Positions 26,200-36,621 of a DNA stretch of 41,952 bases are shown piece by piece. The translations under genes and the position numbers were made by a program. This DNA is from Craspedostauros australis (Eukaryota), in NCBI GenBank assembly GCA_030167865.1, contig JALAGF010005177.1, positions 1-41,952 on the forward strand, written 5' to 3'. Within the stretch, counting starts at the first letter, position 1. Every line of letters starts with the position of its first letter. Under the pieces are notes generated by a model, which saw only the letters and a program-made list of their open reading frames with translations, did not search any database and was not told the DNA's origin.

Positions 26200-29100
26200 T
26201 CAACGTGCCAACCAGACCTCGCCAAGATATGTCGTTTCCGTCTTGCGCCACCGCGGTTCCATCGTCGCAAGTCCAATCTTGTGAGGTGCAAAGTCCTCCC
26301 CATCCGGTGATGCGTATTTGACCATCCTAGCGAATTCGTTCAGCTCGCGCAGCACCGGTGTGTGAGTTTGCCATGCGGGGATCAGTAGCACCTCGTTGGT
26401 CGCGCCCTTCACTATGGAGTGTGTGGTGACGGACTGCTCGTAAGCCTGATGAATCAGCTTCTGCACGGCAGCTTCATTCCTGGACCGCTTGCGATGGAGA
26501 TATTGTGCTACGCGCAGACAGAGCTCCATCGTGATGGTGCTCCAACACCAGCAGAAGTGAGCACAGATCGTGTCGAGGAAGAGCGGGACGTCGCCCATCT
26601 GCTTTTCCAACACCCAATCGATCGTCTCCTTCGAGATGTAGTCCGGGTCGGCCAGCACCTCGAGCAACCGGCTGAGCGTCTCGATGATGGGCTGCGCCGG
26701 GGTCTCGATCTGGTACTTGATCTGGCAGTCGACGACGAAGAACTGGAATATGTTTTTCAAGCTCTCGACTTCGCCGGGTTCGTCCTTGAGGATGGCAAAC
26801 ATAGGCAGAAGCATCTGCGTGCGGTTCAGCAGCTTGGTCGGATCTGATTTCGGTAGCACATCGCGGATCAAGCTCCTGCACTCCTGGATGGCTTCGTCCT
26901 TGTTTCCCAGAAGGAAATTGGCGTACGGGCGCCTCGTGATGGAAAATATCGCATGATCCAGATCGTACAGCTGGAAGAAGAGCGGCGCATGCACTTGCAT
27001 GTCGTACAGCTCTTCTATTTCGTTCGTCGCCTTCACAGCTTCCTTCCACATCCCGCGGAGGTAGAACACTTCGGCCTTGAGAGCCAAAGCACGTAATCTG
27101 TGGACATTGTGGTCGTCCGTGAATCCTTCCGTGTGTTCCAGGAATATGGCTGAGAGGTTCTGCTCGAAGGTGAAATCGGAATGATGCAAGATCTTGCCGG
27201 TTCGCATGGTGACGATGAGACCGGAGTAGATGTCGCAGAGCCACTTCTTGGAGCCCAGTCGGCGCGAGGCCGGGCATCTGTAGTAGATCTCCAGCACGTC
27301 CAGGCACGCCCGCATCGCACTTCGTTGTCCGGCGATATCCCAGGCCTCGAACGTCTTCATCTTGCGGCCGCGTTCGATGAGGTACCTCAGCACGGCTCCC
27401 AATTCCTTGGTGGAGAATGCCTTGATTTCCCGCATGGTGAATCGAGCGTACGTCTGCTTCCTCTCTCGCTTCTCGATCTCCTTCACATACTCAGCGACGA
27501 TATCGCGTCCCTTGATGGCCCATTCCTTGCGATTCTCCAACGCGTAGTTCAGACATTCATCAGAGGACACGCCAAATACGCGGCATTCCTCCAGCTTCTG
27601 CGCCAACGGGATGATGTAGTTGTCAAAGAACCAGAGCTCGCCGAAGTACCATCCCTGCGACGGATCCTTCTCGGCCCGTCCTGCCTTGAAGGCCTCGTAC
27701 ATTTCCTCGAACAAGCGGCGATTCCACTTCTGGTACACATTCCAGTGCTGCATCGTGTGACTGACGTCGGCAGCCTGGATGATGTGCTCCAGGACGATGG
27801 TGGCCTTGAGGTTGCTCCTGCCCCTGGCATCCACGCTCACCTCATCCGACGGCGTCTCGACGAAGGCCTTCTCCCATCGCTGATTTCGCAACGTCTTCAT
27901 GCTGGGGTTGAAGATGTCCGTCGCGATGATCAAGTTCGCCACGTACTGTCGGAATGTCACCAACTCCGCCTCGGTCGAAAAGACGCAGGCTTGCAAATCC
28001 TTGAAGTGCGGGCTCATGAGCAGGTTCCATGCAATGTCGACCGAATTCTGCTCAGCGATGCTCTGGTTTTTGTACTTCTGACCAAGCTCCGGCACTTCTT
28101 TCGAGAGCTGTCCGTTGGGCACACCTTGGTGATCGACGTCATGGACCAGCGCGCAGAACGCGATCGCGAACTGCGCAAGGGCGTTGGAGGTGATGCCGTA
28201 AGCGTGGCTATCTTTTCCATAACCAGTCTGGGCATCCATGGTGTCAGGCACGACGATGCGCTTCAGCAGCTTGATGGATGCCATCGTCACGTGGCTGCAG
28301 TGCTCAAAGTTGTGGAACGGGTTGAACTGGTACCGATCGGCGATGGCAGCGACGAAGCTGCGCAGCTGATGCTTGACTTCGGGACTGAGCTCGATCTTCT
28401 CAGCTGCCGCGATGGACCATCGTTGCTTGGAATTAGTCTTCGACCCCGATATGTCAAATGCCTCCACCACTTCGTCGATAGCCAGACTGTCCTTGTACTT
28501 GCGCTTGCTGGTTTGGAACAGACTCTGGCGGGTCACGGCGTAGCTCTTCTTCCCACCCTTCCCCACCATGCGTTCTGCGATGACTTGCTTGAGCAACGTG
28601 CCCAGCAGGTCTGCCAGCCAATCGGTCAACCGATTCGTCTTGGCCTTAGTAGATGAAAGTGGGAGGTTGGAATAACCCGCCTCCGTCTTGTCGGTTCCAT
28701 CTTCGTCCCAATCGGCGTCTTCCTCGCCCTGAGCGGAGCCTGGCATCGATCCTGCGACGGACGCAACCTGCATGGGATCATCATCCCCCTCGCAGTACTT
28801 GCTCGCATCATCGAATCTTCGTGAGTACAACGACAGCCAGTACGTTTGCAAGAACCCCTTGCCTTTGGCGCTGATGATGTCTGTGCGTTCCGTCAACCAA
28901 GCTCGCTTTCCTACCTTGATGAGCTGGTTGGCAGTCGCCTGCGAGACCTGCACGCGATATGGTGGGCAGGTGGATTCGATACGCGCTGCTGTGTTGACCG
29001 TGTCTCCGAACAGCTGGAATCTCGTCTTCTGTCCACGCAGCACACCCGCTGTGACCTGGCCACTGTGCATGCCCATCCTCAATCTCAATTCGCCACAATC

Positions 29101-32100
29101 AGGCCCCAGCGTGGTTTCCAACAATTTGAGATGGTCGTGGACCTTTGCCATGCAATCGCGTGCAAACCTTGCCATGCGCAACGCATGGTCAGGCTGCGCG
29201 TCTGGCAGTCCAGTCACTGCCATGTAAGTATCGCCGATGGTCTCGACCTTGAACACACGGCGACGACGGGCCAGCCGATCCATAAGCTGGAAGATGCTTT
29301 CCAGAAGTTGGAAGACCTATGCATGTGGCGCGAAACGTGGGATGGCACGGCCGTAAATATTATACGAGAGCAAATTGAAAGAGAAAGAATACATGAGAGG
29401 ATGCACATTGCAAACTACACGATTGCAACACTGCAGGTGAATGGAGGATGTTGCTGCGTCCATCCAGTCATCCATTGTCTCATTCATCCATCCATCACAG
29501 TACGACGTACTGACACAGTCGAGTGAAAAAAGCGCATTCAAGCACAGTGATGATGGGAAGCGAGCTACACTGCAGAGTCCAGCAATCGATGGACCTCATT
29601 CTCTCACGCTCACCTGCTCTGGTTCGTGGACAGAACTCCAGGCATTGAATCCGACCAAATCGCCGAAGGCCACTGTGCACGACGGGAACAAATCCGCAAT
29701 CGGCTGCGCATGGAGGTAGGCTAAATCATCGCCGCCGCTGCTGTGCTCGCCCAGTGCGTTGACGGTCGCCGCGCCCATGGAGTGAGCATTGTTGGTGGAG
29801 TTATCGGCCTGCAACAGGCGTTGGCGGATCTGCGTTGGGAAGAACTCCTCCACGATGGCACGGTTGGCGCGCGAGCGTTTGATGATGCGGTAGATCTTTT
29901 GGCGAACGGTGAAATCGTACAGCGCTCCCATGATGATGACGAGGAGCAGGACCAAGAAGACGCTGATCGCGATATAGTATGGTTGGGTCGTGATGCGTGA
30001 ATTCTGGAGCCTGTCCGTGGGGTGGATTCGGATGGTGAATGGACATAGGTCGTTGTTCAATTTCACAGCCGTCCGGCTGAAGGTTTGCGTGGTCGACGAG
30101 GTGGCGATATCATTGAACGCGATCTCGCGCACCAAGTGATCGTAGCCTCGATCGTGCAAGTCGCCAGGTCCAAGGTATTCTGCCTTCTGCCCGTTGACAA
30201 CGAAGGTGGACAAATCTCCGCAGGGATTTTCAACAACGCAGGTAACGCCGTAGTTGTTGGTCGGTGGGAAGATGTTGTCGAAGAATAGTGGCCAGTAGAT
30301 GAGGGAGGTCATCGACCCGACCACCTTTGTCGAGTCAAAGTTCTCGAAAACGGGGTAGTAAAACCACGATGTGGGCTCGTCGTTGTATGTTGCATTCGTG
30401 TCGTTGGTCTTGACGCGTAGCAAATCTTGGTAGTACTCGCGAATAGGGTCTTCGAACCCCAAGTTGAAGACTTCCTGATGGTTGAAGTGATCCCAGATGG
30501 CCTCGCTGGTTGCTTCCATCGTTTCGATGATTGTGACTCGCTCGGAAGTGGAGAGCATATCCACATTCATTAGGTAAGCTGAAAGCGGTATGGACTGCCA
30601 GAAGATGTAGTGGTACGAACGTTCTGCAAGCCCACCCGGAGGAACCACCCCTGGTGCTCCCGTCTCGTGATCGAAGTGCCACACAAATGGAGCGAATGGC
30701 GCCGGAGCTGCAGCTGTTGTCGCTTCTGGTCCCTCTTGTCCCTGTTCCTGTGCGTGCCGTGATGCCTGTGACGATGCGTGCGGTTGAACACCCCTGATGG
30801 CGGTGTCGTTGGCAGCGTCCCTCAACAGCGATCGCCTGGTTCCAAGAAGATTGTTCTCCACAGATTGCTGCCCGCGGGCGATGGCCGTGTGGTACCAATC
30901 TTGATTCGCGATGCTGTATTGCACCCATTCCTCGATCTGATCGGATGTGATCCTGGGATTGAAGCCAACCGTCAATGCGGTCTCGCTGATGTCCAAGGCT
31001 GCGCTGGCCATGATATCGAAGTCATGCATCGTGACGAAGGGAAAGCCATGCTCGCCACGCTTGACTTCCTCGAGAGCTTGCGACGTTGCCGCTACCGAGA
31101 GGCCATCCATGGCGCCGACTGTGCGGAGCATCTTTTGATTGATGGCCGTGACGACCTGCTGGGCGAGGGAGTCGAAGTCTCGTTCGAATGCTTGTACCTC
31201 CGCGGTGCGCAAGACGATGATGATGGAGATGGGGACGATCAGGCAGAAGTAGAGGAAGGAAGATCCAACCGCTTGCCGCAGCAACGACATGAGCGATCGC
31301 TTGGTGGATTCTACCGTTCGGCCGCGGTGCTTCTTGGTGGCTTCGTCGATGGATCTGCTGCTCATTCCCCGAACTGGACTTCCTGCTTTGCTTGCGTAGC
31401 CTCCCTTGTTCTTGCCACCGTGGTTGGAGGAGGCGCTCGGACGGCGACCGTCCTTGTTGTTGACGGCGTTCAAGATGGATGCCAGACTTTGACGCGATGC
31501 GATGGAAACGTCGTCGTTTTCATTGCTGCCGTAGTAGTTGTTGCTGCTATTGTTGTTTTGATTGTTCTGGCTGAGGAAGCTCCCCAAGGGATGGCGTCTC
31601 CTGCCGCTGGCGTGTGTACCAGGAGAACCGTGCAAGTCGGACCCTCCCGGTGGACCTATCGAGAATTCGTCAGCTGCACCATGGTCCACACCTGCGAACG
31701 AGGGATCGTTGAGTTCATGATCCGCATCGAGCGTGATCTGGTTGATCGATGCCTGCTTGCCGAAGAGAAGGAGCGAGGAGGATGGGCGGCGCACGGAGGC
31801 GAGACGCTTCTTTCCTTTGTTCCGCCGTGGCGAGAATAGAGATTGCATTCCAATAGCGGGCTCATCTTCGTTGCTGCGTCCACTGCTGCGTCCTTTGGAA
31901 TGGGCACTGTCATTTGAGGTGTGCTTGACGGGGGACTGGAGGAGAAGATCGAAGGAGGCCAGCTGCTTGGCGAGGCTCTTCGCGGACGATCTGCGGTTCT
32001 GATGCGGTCGTCTTCCGCGGCTTCCTCGCCTGCCGGTGCCGGCGCCGCTGCTGTTGGCACTGCTGTGCCTGCTATTGCCAAGCTCGACATCGGCAAGGTT

Positions 32101-32217
32101 GCCAGCTGCGGGGCTGGAGGATCGGGATGATGATGGATCAGCCGTGATGTCCCGGCTCGACCGCGTGTTGTCCAGCCCAAGGTTGAAGTCGCTGGAGGGC
32201 TTGTTGACGAAGTCCAT
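26200..32217 (-). CDS. Receptor-type class III nucleotidyl (guanylate-like) cyclase fused to an HD-family cyclic-nucleotide phosphodiesterase, plus a C-terminal TPR-like region (~1906 aa); exons 32217-29614 and 29316-26200
   Basis: Two TM helices flank a CHASE-like region. Cyclase motifs FGDLVGF, KVETIGDTYMAVTG, RMGMHSG, RFQLFGDTVNTAARIES. PDE motifs PFHNFEH, VHDVDHQG, IATD, AADVSH. Intron CAG|GTGAGC...CATAG| (29613-29317) joins EPEQ|VFQLLE. Confidence 0.93.
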
Positions 32218-33720
32218 GGCTCAGGATGCTGGTTGCTATGCGCGAAGTTGTCCGAAGTTGCGCTCAGCTCCGTTCTGCACTCGGTAGTGTGGTGCAAATG
32301 TTTGGTGATGAATGAATGAATGAATGGATGAGCTGGATGGATAAGTTCGAAACACCGAAAGGTTGGTAGGTAAGAACAGCGAAGATGCGGAGACTGGCGG
32401 CTTTTGTCCTTCCGTTGCTCGTGCTTGTGATGTGATGTGGTGTTGTGCGCTGCTTTGCGTACGGCGATAGTTGGTATCGTTCGAAATGTAGTGAGTGCCA
32501 CTGTCCGAGTGCGCACTCTGTCTAGTCCACTCTGTGTCCACAATTTGCGTTGCATCCAATGTTTATGGCACTTAATCCTCTGCCTCTTCCTCTGCATCAA
32601 TTCCTATCCTTACATCTTGTGCGGACCGCCGGTGCTTTGTCTTCCAGCACACCAAGGATGATGTGTGGGTCGTACTTGTTCTCATGGAGGCAAAAGAGCG
32701 AGATGACGTGTGGAGTCTGGAGAGTTCCGAGAGGCAGAGACGTTTCGAACAGTGGCGACAAACCTGAAATCGGCAGTGCATGAATGTTAGTCATCATCGC
32801 TGCCCTGAGTGGTTTGGGACAGTTTCAGAACCTCCCCTGCCGGCTCTGTGTCCAATTGGCTCTGTGTTTGTCGGAAGTTTACCCTTGTTTCTTCCACTGT
32901 CATCGGCCACGTTTTCGCCTTTTTCACACGAAACGCACACGGGAAGGTGCCATTTTCGTTTCCGAGGACACTCTCCATGAGTGTTTTGCGAAGAATGTGA
33001 GGCGATGCTTGTTAATCAGCGTATGCAATGCTGTCGCGTTTGTGTTGGGAGCGAAATGGAAGCCATTCAAGCGATGCTCTTGTGGTTGCGTGAGACGCGC
33101 AAATGCTTCGTCAATGTGAGTGGGAAGTTTGTATTTATCCCCTTTGATTAGAGGACTTTCGCATTCTGCTTCTATTTGCGATGATGCAACCGGCATTTGT
33201 GAACCACAAATAGCAATAATGTTTGTTGTATTGGTTCAACACACCCAATGAAAGAAGCCACAACTGGACACAACGGATTATGGGTTCGTCTCAGACGTAC
33301 AAACGCAACGATTTCGTTCACAGCGCAACCACATTCCCCTTTCCGAACATGAGTGGACGGTGATCGTGCAAATGGCCCAAAGGAAATCTGATAGGCGTAA
33401 TCGTAGCTTCTGCATTCACGCCATTCAGGTCACAATTGACAAGGACGTGTCTGAGTTCGTTCATTTCCCGTGTGTCGGCTGTCTTTCTATCCGTGCGAGT
33501 GCCTGTTGGGCGTGTGGTATCCGACCGAAATAGGTTCCTTTTCGCATGTTGTCTGTTCTATAGGTGCACGATTGGACAAGAGAAACACGGGACCGAGCAA
33601 ATGGGTTTTAATTAATAGAATTATATGTATTAACCGCACCTTACCAATGTGTTCTTGTTTGTTTTTCGTTTCTCCAGCGCGCGTCGTGTGTTGTTTGTCC
33701 GTGCCACGCGATTCCGTGCA

Positions 33721-35464
33721 ATGCTGATGTCACTCCTCCAACAACAAACCACCAAGGAAAGCAAAAAACCAGAACATCAAAACGAGTTGTTCCACGATCG
33801 TAGCATCACTCTACTGGTACCAATACGACTACTCGTTCCAATCCTCCACCGCTCTCCACTATCCATGTTGCATGACCATGGTGGCGAGAGGAAGCGCACG
33901 ATGATCCCATCTCAACCCATCGAAGCGCATCATCCAAGTTGCTCCAGAGATGGCAGCGTCAACGTCAACGTGAAGCGAGCACGACAAAGAATTGCGAAAG
34001 CACGGACAACCACCGCAGAACGCAAATCACAAGAAGGCCTTCCTGGCGTTCGCGCTGGTGAGAATGCATCATCTTTGCAGCCATCCGGAGCTCCTCTATC
34101 TCCGTCTACATCGGCTGCACGGGTTGCACTGGCTGCTTCGGAGTGTGCAGTTTGCATACACCATCGAAACGACGACATTAATGGCATTAATGCAGGCGAG
34201 GAACAGGCAAGCATCACCTCCGATCGATCGTACGTTCACAACGCAAAGGGTGATGAAGGCGCCGCGGTTCACGGCTTCAGCAACGAAGAGACCGAAAGAT
34301 CGCAGGAACATGATCGACGAGAGAGGTTGATGCTGCTCCCTAGTGAGTTGCTGAAGCGAACTTCATCCTCTGTGACCACCTCTTCCATGGGATCAGCATC
34401 AGATTCTTCTGTTCCGCCCACCCTTCATCGACAAGGCCATTCTCCACATCCCACAGCGACCCACGCTTGGGCACGGGCTCCAAGATGGGTCCAGGCTTTA
34501 CAAATACAACACCAGAAAGCCTGCCATGGCATGACAGCAACGCCGACGACAGCGACTGGAACTCTGGACGCAACATCACCCAGATGCACGCTATCATCCT
34601 TGGTCTCCCACCTCGTCGTCCCCATCCGTGTCATGTGGGCGTGCTTCGTCAACTTACTGTCCAGCTCGTTGCTTGCGCCATTCATGGAACAGGTGCGCGA
34701 CGTTGGTATCCAAATCATGATTGCGATTGGGATCATGGCCACGGCAGGAGATGATGAGAACGTGAGAACTTGGCCTGCAGTCTCCGCAAGATTAGACGGT
34801 TGCGGTTCAGCTACGGGAACTGACGACGGCTCCTGTTCCCAACCCAACGTAGACAATGGCTTGGCCAACTTCCACAGCATGAGGCATCGCCTCTTTCGCT
34901 CTTCTCTGAATGATGATGACATTCGACGAGCGGTATTGAGAGGAAGTGCCACCATGCGAGGACCACTCGCTGCAGGAGTCGACCACGTCGCAATCCATGA
35001 TGCCAGTGCTTCTGACCTTAAAGACAGATCCAGTAAACACAAGAGCGAGAGGTACAAACCACGACATGAGACGTTCACCAGGATACAGCACTTTCGACAG
35101 CACGAGAATTGGGATTGTGGCATCGCATGCGTCATCATGGTACTGCGATGGATCCGTCCCAATGGCATCCTCGTGCCTCATCAGCCGCTGTGCCATGTGA
35201 GCGTCCCACGCCTTGGCGACGACATTGACGCGATCGCCATCCCCTCCGCGGGACGAGATTCGTGCCCAACCTCCTCAACTCAAGAGGATCTACCATCTTC
35301 AACGTATCCAACCGATTCAACCTTGCTTCCCGAAGAGGTTTGCGAACGCGAGTGGATGAAGCACCATGTCGGTTCGCGCTCTGTGTGGACGGCAGATGTA
35401 GTCTTATTACTCCATACCCTGCTGCCGAGTGCTGCACCGGAGGATGATCATGATTCTACTCATC

Positions 35465-35507
<43 letters not shown>

Positions 35508-36339
35508 GCAGCATTCACAAACGCCGACGCAACGATCCTGCTATTCACCTTTGCCGTTGACACAGCCCTCCGATACGTTGCATCGCCAACACATGCCGTC
35601 CACTTTGCAACGGCGCAACGAGAACTCAAAACGACAACACGAGCACAGATACGATCTGCTCTACTCCTCCACAACATTCGATGTCAACGACAATCACAAC
35701 GAGCTCGAATACTACCAACGAGCCTTCTGCAACGACAAGCGCCGCGTCAGCAACAAGCTGCAGCTCTTGCGGCATCTCCAGGTCCCCATGGCCCGTGTGC
35801 AGCATCTCCCATTCGACGACGTCATCGATATGGTCACGCAGTCATGCTGTATCGCAATCGTATTGTTGGACAATTCCAAGCTGAACCCCAAACGCAAAAC
35901 CAACAAAGGGAACGGGGTACCGAAACAAAACGTTGCAAACATGCAGCAGCAGCAGCAGCACCACCACCACCATCTACGAAATGAGGACCGTCCCGAAGAG
36001 CCCCACAATCACGCCACCACCATCGCCAACAACGGCGGCAAGAGCACGGCGGAGGAGAAGCCCAACGGACCCAATGTAGCTCCCTATGCCGGACACTACG
36101 TGCTGTTAACGGGCATCACTCGCAATAGCCGTCACATGGAAATCGCGAGGAAGCACGATGATGAATGCGGCGACGGTGCTTGCATCGATGAAATCAAATC
36201 AGCTGCGAACTATTGCTGTGCTGTTATCAATCCTGGCATCGAAGTTCCCATGTCATTCCTGTCACCGGCTCGTTTCAAGCATGCGTGGAACTCGGACGGA
36301 ACGGATAACGATGTGATCTTCATCGTTCGACAGCGCTGA
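33721..36339 (+). CDS. GUCD1-family (Guanylate_cyc_2; C39 peptidase-like fold) protein with a long N-terminal extension; start at 33721 or 33865
   Basis: IQHFRQHENWDCGIACVIMVL, SVWTADV, YYQRAF..D..RV, IAIVLLD, YAGHYVLL and GTDNDVIFI match the motif series I recall for GUCD1. Confidence 0.82.
35464..35511 (+). repeat. (CAA)14(CAG)2 coding polyglutamine tract (16 Q)
   Basis: Directly visible, in frame within the GUCD1-like ORF. Confidence 0.95.
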
Positions 36340-36621
36340 GAGGGTCGAATAAATGACTAGAGCCATCAAGCAAACGCAGCTCTGCCATTGCTGCGGAGAG
36401 TGCGGATAATGTTGTTTCTCTCATTCTTCGTCACTGGCGTAGACACCAAGAAGTACACTTGAACAGTTGCAGAGTAGATAGCATCAAGCATGGTCTTCTG
36501 TGCACACCCAGGTGATGATGCTCCTCGGCTTTCTAGAGAGCACACTGCTTGCGACATTCGCAGGATTCTCGCAACTCTGTAGCACTCCACTTTTCCATTT
36601 ACACGCCTTTCACTATTATTA

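Noticed and set aside
33649..36339. Calling the GUCD1-like gene a guanylate cyclase
   Set aside because: It has no class III cyclase motifs; the motifs indicate a papain/C39-like fold.
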